From Podarcis liolepis (Eukaryota): DNA of 64,000 nt. The notes under the pieces are model-generated. The model was given only the letters and a program-made list of their open reading frames with translations. It was not told where the DNA came from and did no database searches. The DNA lies in NCBI GenBank assembly GCA_965112155.1, contig OZ218102.1; one strand, 5' to 3'. Shown here in pieces: positions 1 to 13,529 of the stretch; positions within the stretch are counted from its first letter, which is position 1; every line of letters begins with the position of its first letter. The position numbers were made by a program, and so were the translations under genes.

Positions 1-2629
1 CAAGGGACACCTCTATTTAATAAACACACATCTGTAAAGATTTAAAAAATTCATGTGTGCTTTCACTTGACATAATTGAATAATTTGAACATAAGAATCC
101 TACATAAGTTGATGGTGGATCAGAGTATGCCGGCTATGGGAACATTTCAGCGCCCATAGGCACAGTAAGACTCAAAGTCCCTGTAGGCTTCAAAGAAACA
201 CTTTTTCCCCCTTCTAGAACTCTTTGCTTTCTAGTAAAGCTGCAACCACAATGTTCTCTCTTAATGCCACCATAAAAAATCAAAACACTTTAAAAACAAA
301 TTGATGTACTCTTTAATATAGTCATCACATCATCACAGGACCCTTGCACCCTGCATGGTTACAACCATGGGGATGCGAGCCACATCTCTCTTTGTTGCCT
401 GCTCCAATGCTCATAAAGGCAGAGAGGGAGGGAGAGGGAGACTGACGGACTGACTCTCAATTGAGATATTGGCATCTTTGATTGAAAAGGTCTAATCAGC
501 TTATCTCCACACTAATAAAGTTAATAGCCTGTGGAGCTGGTATATGCTCAGGACAGAGTGAACTTTTAGTAGCCAAAGCCTTAAGAGCTGAAACTAAGAC
601 TCCGCTCATCCAAGCTAGCTTAAATCAGTTCCTAATGGGCTCTTTTAATATAATCAATCTGAAAAAAATGGAAGTCTGCAGCCACTTGACTTTATTCCTG
701 GAGGCGTTGTTGGAGATTTAGGAAAGACCACAGCAATGTGCTATTTATCTACAGTGACAGTGAGTGTTAAGTTGCAGATTTCTGAACCCTTCTCGACTTC
801 ACATTGTATCAGTTTCAAAGGAGTTACTGTACACATATCATTTCTCTCTGCGGGCGTTTTGTGGGAAATTTCACCTGTGAACCTCCTGCTTATAGTGATG
901 AAACTTGAATATAAAATCCCCTGTACAAGACAGCACAATTAAAGATCACCAAGAACATAATTTTAAATCAACAAATAAAGTTTGTACTCTACCAGAAGCA
1001 GCAAGCCTGAGAGATAGAAACAACTATGCAAATCTCAAGATAATTTTTAAACAAGTTCAAAAGGCAGGAATCCCAATGAAACAAACATGTAAACTGAGAC
1101 AAAACTTAAGAATCCACTGAGATCCTGTGGACAGACTGCTAGAGCTGGGTTTGAGTGGTCAGGATTTAAATACCAGGCTCACAGAAGTGCTGGGGGATCA
1201 GCTGTAAAACAGAATATGGTTTCATGTGAATGTATGAGCCCGTTATGTATGTTAATGTTAATTGCTTACAAGCCATGATTTGTGTGAGGTCAACAAACTA
1301 GGATGTGATACCATTTTGAAACTGGGTTGCAAATTGTAGCATGCTAACTGTGGTTTGCTCTTATATTTGAGTTCACAGACCACAAAAAAGTCATAGTTAG
1401 AGCCTGTTACCTGCCTCAAAAAGCTGTGGCACCATGGAGATAGAATGGGCCTACAAAAATTGAGTGATGAGCAGATGGCAGATAGGAGCAGAAGCTCAAA
1501 ACAATGTTAGCCTGTGGTACATCTGGAAACTCACAGTGTAATTAACGGCAGGTGTGTCCAGCAGGTAAAGCACAAGATGAACCTCTTTGATATCTTTTGC
1601 TGATTCTGAGTGAACCAAGGGAGGCCACAGTTACACTGAAACAGTCTACAGCAGTTTCATACTTTGAAAAGGTTAGATGTGGACTGCTCTAAACTTGGTT
1701 ATCGTGCTCCTGTGTATCTCCCAGCTGCAGAGCAGCACTGGTTGTTTCCTAACACTGACCTGGTGTTCCTGCCATGGAAGGTTTCTAAACCTGGGAGTAT
1801 GACTTGGGCCAGCTGGGGAAAAAAGTAACTTCGGCCACAATCATTGTCTCGTAAGAATAGAGCTATTAAGCTAGAGACATTTAAGTTGGCTGGGTTGTAT
1901 GGCAGCCATTAAAATGAACCTTCTGCCCAAATTCCTATATCCCTCCTTATCTTCATATTTGATCAGTGGCTCAACAAATGGCAGAGACTCCTTAATGGAT
2001 TTATGAATAAAGGGAAGCATAGGCTTTGAAAGAATGGGAATGTTAAATCTAAAATTCTACTATGATAGCTTCTAACTCAAGCAGCCGATTCATATCAACA
2101 GATGCTCGAAGGTCATCCCATAAGTCTAGCTAGAACTTCAACTTTCTAATTGTGTCAAAATCTATGTAAGGTTACTGTGCTTGTGAGTACCACCAGCAAT
2201 GGCATGGTTTTGCTGTATATTTTGAAAAAAATAATAAAACTTTAAAAAAAAACCTATGGTGTGGATTCTTAACTATTGTTAACAAAACCACAGTTTCACC
2301 TTATGTGTGAACCCAGCCAGAATAACATTGAGATAGTCAAATGGAGAGATGATGAATAAATACAAAATCATTTAAATATATTTAGCATTATTATAATAAT
2401 TGCTATCAGAATTTTGGGGTTATGCAAATTTACCATAGAATGCATCAAATTTTTTTTTAAAAAAAATACATTGTATTATGAGAACTGATAAGAAAGACTG
2501 AATACTTATATCTAAATGAGTTGCTTTCCTTGTATTGCATATGCATCAGCTGAATAAATATATTTCTAATAATTCAAGACAAGTTTGGGTTGAAGTCATT
2601 CTTCATCATTACATAAAACTTTCAAGTCC

Positions 2630-2679
<50 letters not shown>

Positions 2680-2685
2680 GAGAGA
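2630..2685. repeat. Compound (GT)n(GA)n microsatellite
   Basis: Seen directly. Confidence 0.97.
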
Positions 2686-4012
2686 ATAATATTGCCTCAC
2701 TAACGTTTTAAGATTATTTGAAGATGTGTCACCAGGCACCTAGACGGACATGATCCAATAAACATTCTATACTTGAATTGTCAGAAAAACTTTTGACAAA
2801 CTGTAAATTCACATGACAATTGGTCACTTTCATGTCATTTTTGCTTCAAAATGAGCCAGCATTGTAAAATCGCCACACAAGCTGGATTCAATTTATGGCA
2901 TGCCACTGCAAACACACAAATATATAACTATTTTAATCCATGCTGGATATAAACTCCTGTGCCCAAAAGTGGCTGCTCTCCACAGCAGAGATCCACACAA
3001 TCAGCCCTTTCAAGTAGTAGCACATAGCTAGTTAAGAGGTAAGTCAATATTTTTGGTCTTCATTCTTTTCATTCTTATTCACTCATAAATCCATTCCATC
3101 CCACTTCCACATTAATCACATTTTAAGCCATAATTAAATATGTATTTTTATTTGCAACATTTGGATTTCTGGACATGATTTCTTTTAAAATATGCTCTTT
3201 AAAAACTATGTTGATATAATGTTGGATAACTAAATTCCTATTCATATATCAGTCCAGGTGCTGATCAGTTTGATTCATATTAGAATAAGCAAAGATCATG
3301 CTTTACTAATTTACATGGTCGTATGTATTGGGCCAATATAGCTCTTGAAAGGCAACTAAAGAAACTCAGATTATATGGACTAGGGCTGGTCTTCCAACTG
3401 ATAGGTAACTGAAGGTAGGAGTGACCAATAAGTACATTGCATATATTATGCCTAGCATTCCAATCTTTAAAAGATGCTAATAAAGATGGAAAAGAAACAG
3501 TAAAGCAAATCAAAGTGATTCCAGAGGCGCAACTTCCTTATCAAAAAACTAGTAAAGAATTGAGCATTTTAGTTTACAAAAAGGACAACTTGGGAGAGGT
3601 TCCCCATGAACTTCTGCAAAGATTTTGGAGCAATCACAGCCGACCCCCTAGGAAGAGACTTCAGGAGCTGCCAACCCCTAGCCACACTTATTTTCACTCT
3701 CTTTATTATTATTTTTCCACCATGAGGACATTCATAGCTTATGCAAAGAAAAACAATTTAATCAAGTTGTATTAGTTCATCCATTCTTCACCTTCCTCAC
3801 CAGCAGCTCTTTGATCAATGAATACCTGACTAATTTCCTGATTTCTCCCACCCCCAGAGAATGGCAATTTCCATCCAAATTATTAATCAAAACAATTCAA
3901 CCATTCCTCCCACCTGCATCAAAAGAACTCCCCCCCCTTCAAATTAGTTGTTAAAATATCTAAGTGATTTGACACAGAACTATTTCACATGCCAACTTTA
4001 GTGTCAGGTCCA

Positions 4013-4155
4013 CTCAGTGTTCAAGCACATGCCTTACATCCACAAGGTCCCAGGGTCAATTTCTCAAATCTCCGTGTAGGGGGTGGGAAATGATCCTATC
4101 TGAAAACCTGGAGAGCTGCTGCTACTAGGATAGAAGCTCCATATAAGGAAGCTTA
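4013..4155 (+). mobile_element. Degenerate tRNA-derived squamate SINE (Squam3-type)
   Basis: ctcagtg...aaggtcccagggtcaat (B-box-like)...tgaaaacctggagagctgctgc...tataagg.agctt. Confidence 0.7.
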
Positions 4156-4443
4156 GGCTCACTTTTCTTTCGTCCCTCCAAGTTTTCAAGTCAGGGAAGG
4201 TCACGAGGGTCGCAACTGATTAATGTCATTTAAGTAGCACATTGCACTGAAGTTAAATGGCTTTTACCGTGTCAATGAGAAAAAAGCAAGAAGACAACAA
4301 TCCACTCAATTTTACACCTGCTTTTAGTAACACTTCCTATAGTCTTACGCTGTTTTAACTGATGCTGATGATTTTAAAAGTTTTTTTAAAAAAATGATCT
4401 CCTTTACTGTAGTTGAGTTTTCACGTTTCATAGTAAGTCAATA

Positions 4444-4654
4444 TATTTATTTAACATATATCCTGCCTTGCCTCAAAAGAGCTCAAGAGAAGATACAGGG
4501 CCTTCCCCTACATTTTAACTTCACAACAGCCCTGTTGGGTAGGTCAGGCAGAGAGTTGGGGAATGGACCAAGGTCACTCTGTGAACTTCACAGGTGAATG
4601 GACATTTCAGTCCAGTCCTAGTCGGACACTGTAACCACTGCCCTACACAGTCTC
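4444..4654 (-). mobile_element. Old MIR/CORE-like SINE (Squam2-type)
   Basis: tcacaacagccctg...ccaaggtcac...tagtcggacactgtaaccact, homologous to the reverse complement of the 12677 element. Confidence 0.7.
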
Positions 4655-4862
4655 TATTGGGTGGCGTACAAATGTTGTAAATAAGATTTGCATGAGAGAG
4701 AGATATATATTATAGTTAATATTTGAACAGGAACCTGAAGCTGCCGTGGGAGAAAAAGCCTTAGGAACTGAATTTGGGAACTAGAAACAGCCCAAATTCA
4801 AGAGGCATGCCACTTTTAATTCCTGCTCTGGATTGTATCAATTGATTCCTTATTCTGTAGAG

Positions 4863-4998
4863 CAGGCATAGGCAAATTTGGCCCTCCAGATGTTTTGGGA
4901 CTACAACTCCCATCGCCCCTGACCACTGGCCCTGTTAGCTAGGGATGATGGGAGTTGAAGTCCCAAAACATCTGGAGGGCCGAGTTTGCCTATGCCTG
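4863..4998. mobile_element. Non-autonomous hAT MITE, nearly palindromic
   Basis: TIRs CAGGCATAGGCAAA / TTTGCCTATGCCTG with long internal inverted arms. 8-bp TSD ctgtagag/ctgtacag (7/8). Confidence 0.92.
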
Positions 4999-7900
4999 CT
5001 GTACAGCTTCAACAGCTAGACTAGAGAATAGCCATGGACTTCCTGACTCGTTTAGTTAGCACATAAGAGGCCTAGCACTATGTGCAAGAACAGGAAGGTC
5101 AGCCTGAGGCTTTGCTTGTACATGTGCTCCCCACCCCTCTGCCCATGTAGCTGGAAGAAAAAACTGATTTCACACTTCCAAATCCCACTTCTCACTCACT
5201 TGTTGCGTCATATGAAGCAGATATCAAGCCAGCTTCATTACCACAGCTTGAAGTTGGCTTACTCTGAGGCCAACCAGTTTGTTTTAAACCACAGTTGGTT
5301 TATAAGACATAGCAAGCTAGGATTAGTGGAGAGATAACAAAATGGTAGCAAACTCCTCTGGGCTACCATTCACTTGGGCTCCATTCTGCTTATACATGTA
5401 TCGCTGAATCAAGGGATGTTGTGTTCCATGTAAATGCAGGTGACGTGGTTGCCAGTTTGGGTGCTTTCTTCGCAAATGTGAATGCGGAGCTTTTAAGCAG
5501 CATAGGAGTCAACTATATCAGACCATTGTAAGCACGCAAGGTACAAGATCTGCACACGATGGTGGTAGGATTCCCATTAGCTAACAGATTGTATTTATCT
5601 TAAGTATGGCTCCTTCTCCCAAACTCTTGCAATGTGTTTGACTAGAACTTTTAATAAAATGATATAAGAGGAACTCTGAGCAACATTTTTATTCAGAATG
5701 TGGTTTTATGTGATAATTCTTTTTATACAAAATCCACTCAACTGCTATCACTCAATATAATCTTCACTGCTGTACATCTGAAGATAATGTTGCAATAAAC
5801 TTAATTTACACAGCTTATTTTTCACTAATCTCCCAGTGCAGAAGAAGGAAGAGAGTACTAAATTGCGCATTATAAACTATGACCCAAAAGGTACTGCTCA
5901 TTTCTAGTTCAGTGAAACTTCACATCCATGTTTTATTATTCACATCTTTGAGAAAATTAATTGACTGGATTTTTCCCTCAAGAAGGAATGCAAAGGCAAA
6001 AGTGCCACTAATAATCTAAATTCTGAAGTAATTTCAAAAGTCTCTGAAGCATGTCATCCTTTCCAGTACCATTGCTGTCAACATAAATACCTGACCTATA
6101 AAGCAAGCAAACCAACACCTTTATAAAGCCAGCTACTCTTGGTGAAATAGAATACAAACCTATAATTCCAACAAGGATCTTCTTGAAGCAGCAATGAAAA
6201 GTACAAATGTACTTAGGCAATAAATTAAAGTGGTGTAAGCCTGACCTTGAATGCTAATTAGTTTCAGACTGAAAACAAATTATTTCAATCACTTTAAGAT
6301 ATAGAAAGTGTAATGGAAGCCATGTAGCTTTGCTCCTCTATCTCAAAAAGTTGAATAGATTGTTCAACTTAGCATGAAGAGACTGGGGGTGGGGATGATT
6401 GTTGTCAAAGGTATATTTTTCCTTCCTTCTTGGACCAGGTGACCTTCAAAAGAAGAAACCTGTTCATCAACAGGAAATGCTTTGCTTTACCATCCTTTCT
6501 CTGTTTTTCATCTGCATTTATATAGCCAACCCTGTAAAAGTTAAAGAAAAATTTCCCTATTACAGAATATGGAAGCCTAGATATTTAGGTGTCTGCTGTA
6601 CCATATTTGCCGCCATTGCAGTACAATATTATTGATGGGCCATAAAGACGACAAGGCAGTCTTGATCACAACTGGTTTCTACATTTATCGCATCCAGCAT
6701 AGAGATAGTAGTTGGATGTCCTGCATTTTATAGACACCAAAATTGGTTCTAAGGCCACCAGGTACTTTTTCACAATACGAATACAGTGTCCATGGTGGGA
6801 GTGGCAATACAGCAAGCAAGCTGGGATAAGATGTTAGTGAGTGTTCAATCAGCCAAAAAAGTTGAAGAATTACAGAGCTAAAACCCTAGTGATGATTCTC
6901 CCACTCCCCACTTCATTAAGCATTCCAGTTTCTGACCTCACCCAACTCTCCATCCCAGCTTGTCAAATGTGCCAAGCAGAAAGCTGGGCAGGAGTATGGA
7001 GAAGCAGAATTTGGTACCAGGCCTCCTAAGATTACCCTTGTTTGGCTTCTGTAAAGTGTCTGGAACTAATGGGTAGGGATGAGCTTGCTCCCCTTTCTCA
7101 ACCCGGTCCAAGAGCAATAATCATTTCCTGCCTTTTGCATCTGCTTGTTCGCTAAAGAGGTTGGTGTAAGAAATCAGTAGCTATGAAAAACCAACCTACA
7201 TGGTGGAATTTAACAACACAATGTTTGAGCTTTCTTAGTGTCATGTTAACAGATGAAAGGAAGATTGTATAAAAGCAAAGTCTGTTCCCCCAAGACCCTT
7301 CACACAAGTTTATTACTTTATAAAGTGGAATCATTTTTGTTTGTCTTGTGTGCCAGTTAGAGTCTATCAAACAGGAAGTGGGATTAAGATTATATCTATC
7401 TAGAAATTAGCACTTTTGAAAACAACTCTCACTGAAATTGACAGCGTTTGCTTCCAAGTAGCTGACTTTAGTATCAGCCTATAAATCATTTATCAGAATT
7501 TAGAATTGAAATAGCAAACTGATAAATGTGAAATAATGTTGTTTGGGCATTTGAATACTGGAATAAAATTTAACATACATCAAGACATGCATGATTTAAC
7601 ATTTATGTTTGCATGTAACAAAACTAGACAGAGCACTAAAACCAACCTAAGATATTGCAATTAAATACAATTTGAATCACAACATTCCCTTCAAACTTCT
7701 GTATAGTAACATCTTCATTTACACACCTGCCATTGTTATCTAAACAGATAAAAATCTACTGTTCAATAATGATTTAAAGAATTGTTTCCAGTTAGTTCAG
7801 GATTAGCTCACTCAGCCATTATAGTTTTATGAAGAAGTGTGTGTTTTGGCAGCTGAAATATACTTTGTTCTAAATTGTATCAGAGAAAAAGTAACCGAAC

Positions 7901-8600
7901 TCCCCTTAAAAAGGGAAAACACCACAGTGCTATAGAACTGGTATTATTTTCATGCTAAGGTAAACATGTTCTCTTCTCTTGTTCCATATTATGCAATACA
8001 AATCTCTCTTCAACCCTTATTGTAACTGGAATTGAAATGTTTTGACATTACACTTTCTAGGAGGTGAAAAAGATGATGTTAAAAACAGATATAAATAGGG
8101 TGATAATGAAGAACAAAATGTGTAGCATTTTGTTGCAGTTATACTTTGCAAATTAACAAGCAGTATTGACTTCCTTTGAGGTCAATAACAGCATTTATCG
8201 ATCTGAAAAGTTAATACTGACTGAGGTCAATATTAGATCTCAAGGGTCAACAATTCTGGATACTAGTGCTTATTTTGTATCCATACATAAATGTGACATA
8301 GGTAAAAAGAGGGCACATTTAATCTTCAGAGATCTTTTAAAAACACTGGATTTTCATATGATACAAAAATAATAGAAGGTGCAAAAGTCAAAATACTATG
8401 TTGGGTCTATTTTCTAACAGTTTTTAAAGGAAGCTTATTATTACTAAGCTAGAGATATACTTTCTAAACTGCAATTTGGAAACATGTATTTTATATTTCA
8501 TATAGGTTCATCATAGAGCCAGGATTGTCTACAGCTCCATGTTGTATATATTTGGAGATAAACCTGGTTTTACTGCCATGCCTGTTTGTTTGATTTATAT

Positions 8601-8646
8601 CCTTCCTTCCTTCCTTCCTTCCTTCCTTCCTTCCTTCCTTCCTTCC
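8601..8646. repeat. (CCTT)n microsatellite
   Basis: Seen directly. Confidence 0.97.
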
Positions 8647-8992
8647 ATTATGAAACTCAAGGACAGGAATATAGGATTCCAAGATGTGTTCCATCCAGGT
8701 AGTGACCTGACTGAATGCTACTTCGCTTCAGCAGAATCAAGTTCCTTTATATCAAACTTTACAACGCGAGTGGATAACTTCAGACCTGGGGAATCACATG
8801 CAGCCCTTGAGGCATCTCAAGTCCTTCACTGGTCCTGTTCCCTCCAGTTGTGGATGTTTAAAAGCCTCTGGCTTTTGCGTTGCTGGAATGTTGACTACTG
8901 TACAAAGAAAGAGTCACATCCATTGCTCTGTCCACTTGCCTCTGGCCCTGTACACCATTGGCATGCAGACCTTGGAAGGCTGCTCATGATGC

Positions 8993-9369
8993 TTTGTTGT
9001 TTAGTCATTTAGTCGTGTCCAACTCTTCGTGACCCCATGGACCAGAGCACGCCAGGCACTCCTGTCTTCCACTGCCTCCCACAGTATGGTCAGACTCATG
9101 TTTGTAGCTTCGAGAACACTGTCCAACCATCTCGTCCTCTGTCGTCCCCTTCTCTTGTGCCCTCCATCTTTCCCAACATCAGGGTCTTTTCCAGGGAGTC
9201 TTCTCTTCTCATGAGGTGGCCAAAGTATTGGAGCCTCAGCTTCACGATCTGTCCTTCCAGTGAGCTCGCGGAGCTGATTTCCTTAAGAATGGATACGTTT
9301 GATCTTCTTGCAGTACATGGGACTCTCAAGAGTCTCCTCCAGCACCATAATTCAAAAGCATCAATTCTT
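8993..9369 (-). mobile_element. 5'-truncated Bov-B (RTE) LINE
   Basis: Minus-strand peptide RIDAFELWCWRRLLRVPCTARRSNVSILKEI...LQYFGHLMRREDSLEKTLMLGK; (CAA)-type tail; 12-bp TSD tgctcatgatgc at 8981-8992 and 9391-9402. Confidence 0.95.
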
Positions 9370-9401
9370 GATGCACTGATCAATTCTTGATGCTCATGAT
9401 G

Positions 9402-9755
9402 CACTGATTTGCAATTGGTGGTCTGTGGACCCCAGGGGATATGAACAACCCACTCAGGGGGTCTGTGGCACACACCCCGTTTCGGGGGCATGTTCTCATA
9501 TGACAGCATGGTGCCCAAAAATGCCTGAGATCTTGGCACCCAAAAACATTCATTTTGGGGTGCCATAATGTCTCATGGGTCACGTGACTTGTGCAGGAAG
9601 AGGCATATCCTGGTTTTGCGTTGGGACATGTTGGAGGGTACGGTGGCATCATTCACATAACAAAAACCACCACAGAGATATCAAGAGTAGGAGGTCCATG
9701 TCTTGGCTTTTGAGAAACAGGGGGTCTGTAGTATTTAGCTAATTGGGAACCACTG
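9402..9755. mobile_element. Old hAT (Charlie/MER5-like) non-autonomous element
   Basis: Right TIR aattgggaaccactg matches left cactgatttgcaatt at 11/15 positions. 8-bp TSD tcatgatg/ccatgatg. Confidence 0.7.
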
Positions 9756-10594
9756 CCATGATGGAATGTAGTATTTGGGCTAAAAACACCCCCAACCCTG
9801 TCCTAGGTGGTTAAATATGTGGGACAGTTCTTTATTCTCCGGAAAATACCCATAAAATATGCATAGTTTAAAGAAACATTAACCTTAAGATGTTTACAAC
9901 TACAGGAATTGGAAATATTTGAAAACCCTTCTTTTGGTTTTAATACACTAAACAAATATTGTGATAGCCATCTTCAAGTGGTAGTTGGAACCACATTAAT
10001 GGAAGTGGCTAGATCTTAATCTCTTGGTCACCATAGGCACATGCATGACTTCCCAGAGATTTTCTCAGAGGTAGGAAATCATGGCACAATATGTGGTCAT
10101 TGCCATGGACTGAGATTCTTTTTTAAAAAGTGGGATTGCACAAATTTATAGTAGACATATTAATGGGTACTGATAGGTAAATATGACCTCCATGCCCAGA
10201 AACTGCATGGCAGTTTTTGGAAGGAAAGCAAACAGCAGGGGATGGATATTGCTATCATAACAGAAATTGCAAATTGTACCACATGGCCCTTGGCAAGATC
10301 CAGCAGGAATCCATTTTATTCATTCTTTATTGATGTTCTTTCTTGCCTACAAACTTCCCTTGCACTTTCGCAAGTTTAAGAATTAGTGTGGAGATTTGGT
10401 GTGAGAGGTTTGATTTAAAGGGGTATTTTTAGGAGGTGGGGAGGTGGGAAGAGAGAATAGCCCTGCAGCCCTGTGAAGAAGCTTGTGAAACAAATCCTTC
10501 TGTATCACTTTCAGAAAAAAACATGGTTGTACACAGGATGGTATGTGCATGTCTAGATGATGGTTCATTTCAACTATTACTATAAAATCAAATA

Positions 10595-10842
10595 CAGTGG
10601 TACCTCAGCTTAAGTACTTAATTGGTTCCGGAGGTCCGTTCTTAACCTGAAACTGTTCTCAACCTGAAGCATCACTTTAGCTAATGGGGCCTCCTGCTGC
10701 CGCCGCGCCGCCGGAACCCGATTTCTGTTCTTATCCTGAAGCACTATTTCTGTTCTTAACCTGAAGCACTATTTCTGGGTTAGCAGAGTGTGTAACCTGA
10801 AGTGTATGTAACCTGAAGCGTATGTAACCCGAGGTACCACTG
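10595..10842. mobile_element. Tigger/pogo-type (Tc1-mariner) MITE, family A
   Basis: TIR CAGTGGTACCTC / GAGGTACCACTG, TA TSD, internal TAACCTGAAG subrepeats. Confidence 0.93.
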
Positions 10843-12676
10843 TATCTGCACTAGATAGACAAGATTATACCAGGAAAAACAAGGGAGACGTGACCAGAAA
10901 CACTCTAATATGTTCCATCAAGGCTATATTATTCTCAAACATCAATTTTCTTGTGCAGCTCAGAGACAGGAGGGTTTTTTCATTGTTCTTTATTCATTAG
11001 GTACACAAGTAAGTATAACTTGAGATCTTCGAGTCTCCAAATGCAAAAGCATAACAAAGTACAGTACTTGAATGATGATCCACCATGACACAAGAATGCT
11101 TTTGAACCAGGCTTCACTTGGAAGAGAATGTGTTCCTATACAAATAATTTTTTAATGCTAAACTTTGTTCTTTTGTGCAAATGGAGGAAAACATTGTTAG
11201 CCCAACAGGAAATAGAGGTTAAAGGCTTCAAACATGAAGAACAAAAAAGCAAAACGTATTTCCCCCCACTAACCTAAGCCAGTCAAGTTTTCCACTTGAT
11301 CTAAGTGGTACACAAAGTCCTAGTCCAACAAGAACTCATGCTGTGAATGTTCTGTGTACTCACCTAAGAAAATACATAAACACCAAGTAAAAGAAGAATT
11401 CCTCAATATTAAAAGTCTGACTCAAAAGAAAATCTGAAGCCGATTCCTTTTTTCAAGAAAGTAAAGTGCAATCCAACAGGGTCATGAGTTTGGTATCAGA
11501 AAGTAAATTGGAATGTTGTATTCTACTACCTGCTTTGACTGCTCACTATCTTTTTCTGTCATACAAATGCCAAAGAATGGATAAATATGTCCCAAATTTC
11601 AATCTCAAAAGTTGATCAAACCAAATACAAAACATATCACAAGATGTGCTATGAACGTTTCAAAAAGATAACCAGATCTTTCCTCTCTGGTGTACCAAAA
11701 GAATTCAGAGTTGTAAATTCAGGCTGGTATTCCAAAAAACTATATTTTTAAGGATTCAGTATCAATAATCCTAACAAAATTCTTTAGATGTTCCAACAGC
11801 CAACTTATAGATCAAATATGCCCAAAGTACTATTTACAGCATTTGCACGTAAGACTAAGGCATACCATAGTGCTATGCCCACAGCAAATTGGGCCTATGC
11901 AAAGCCCGGACTTCTTTGGTCCTCCCCTGCCTGTTCTACCCCCATCCCATGGGGCCAGGAAGAATGAACTAGGATTCAGCAGCACTTCAATTGATTTTTG
12001 GTTTCTCGTCTTGTATCAACCAGGATCATGGTTGAAAATGATGACAACCCAGGAACTGGCTAAAATAAAATAAGCTGAAAATGCACCTGACTTTTTCCTC
12101 CTCCTTATTACAGCTGCATGGGAGGAGAGTATGCAAGCCTGAGGCTTGTGCACATAAAGTTAAAACATGACTAGTGTTCTGTGCAAATGTGCCCATTGTA
12201 TCACACACTTTAAACTACTGTAATAGAGAGCTACTATTAACAAATAAACATTTTAAAAGTTGACTTTTTAAGTCTGATGATTGCAATGTTTTCCCTTGCT
12301 ATTTCAAATTATTTCTTAGGATATTTTCTCCATGGAGGAATATGCATGACAAGCATTTAGTAATCCAAAATGTAATAATTAAATTCCTTTGCTGAAGTCC
12401 AGACATATATGAGCACTTGAGGGGCAAGTTTGGTGTGTATTTGCAGAAGAAAATGTGTGTTAAAACAGTTGCAGAAACTGTTAGCCCAAGAGGAAGTTGT
12501 AAGGTTGTTTGCATAACCAAAGTATCCCACCTCTCCTTGCCACTGCAACCCCCTGAACTTTCCCCAAATATCCAGATACGCTTTTGGGGACGTTCCAGAA
12601 AACTGCAGGTAGTGAGCGGGAACAATTGCCAAATTGGAGGCACCTCTGTGAGTAGAGCAATGTTTTCCCACTCTCA

Positions 12677-12927
12677 GGGAGCCAGTGTGGTGTAGTGGTT
12701 AAGAGTGGTAGTCACGTAATCTGGGTAACCGGGTTCGCGTCTCCGCTCCTCCACATGCAGCTGCTGGGTGACCTTGGGCCAGTCACACTTGAAGTCTCTC
12801 AGCCTCACTCACCTCACAGAGTGTTTGTTGTGGGGGAGGAAGGGAAAGGAGAATGTTAGCCGCTTTGAGACTCCTGAAGGGGAGTGAAAGGCGGGATATC
12901 AAATCCAAACTCTTCTTCTTCTTCTTC
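12677..12927 (+). mobile_element. Young full-length tRNA-derived SINE (Squam2-type)
   Basis: A-box tggtgtagtgg, B-box ggttcgcgtct, CORE-like gggtgaccttgggccagtcac, (CTT)n tail, CpGs retained. Confidence 0.9.
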
Positions 12928-13529
12928 ACAAGCTTTAAACTTCTTAAAGTACCCCCACTATGCCATAAGCAAAGGAGAAGGAAAGTAGAGATTCCAAAGG
13001 AACAAAAATATGAGCCAATGCCTACTAACTAAAACACTGAAGGTGCTCCCTTCTCAAAAAATAGAAGAAAGGAAAGTTAAACTCTTATTCATCTGTGGGC
13101 TGGTTAAGACCATGTTGCGTCAAGGAAATGTTAACCCTCACTTTCTAATGCATTTCCCTGTCAATTACCTTACTGCTAAATACCAGCTCTTTGGAGGAAG
13201 CAGAGTTGTTGCACAAGGTCTCCTAACCAACTGTAATTGTGCAATCCAGAGTTTGCCAGTACAGACAGTCCTTGTTCTGCGTGAGAGTTCTGTTCCAGAG
13301 CCCAGCACATGTTGGTGGAATGTGCATAAGCCCACACTGACTCTACTCTGCTCCCTTTCATGACGTCTTTATGATGTTTTGGGACTATTTCTGGGTTCGG
13401 TGCCATATGCGTGTGCACAATTGCATGTCATTCGGACATGCCTAAATTGGTCATTGCCTGCAATGTGATCCCACTTGAAAATTTTGACAGTCTGTAAGTG
13501 CCCATAGATTAATAAGTAAAAGAAACTCG

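Noticed and set aside
3130-3950. Possible ancient L1-like remnant (also about 11400-11830)
   Set aside because: Composition is suggestive, but I could not read any diagnostic motif; needs RepeatMasker.
8670-8740. 5S rRNA-like sequence on the minus strand
   Set aside because: Only patchy similarity; at most a decayed 5S-derived repeat fragment, not an rRNA gene.
9096-9566. 156-aa minus-strand ORF
   Set aside because: A chimera of hAT sequence read into a Bov-B fragment.
10640-10830. TAACCTGAAG repeats as a CRISPR-like array
   Set aside because: Short, irregular subterminal repeats inside a TIR/TA-bounded MITE in a vertebrate genome.
12677-12760. tRNA gene
   Set aside because: The A/B boxes belong to a SINE head that continues into a SINE body and tail.
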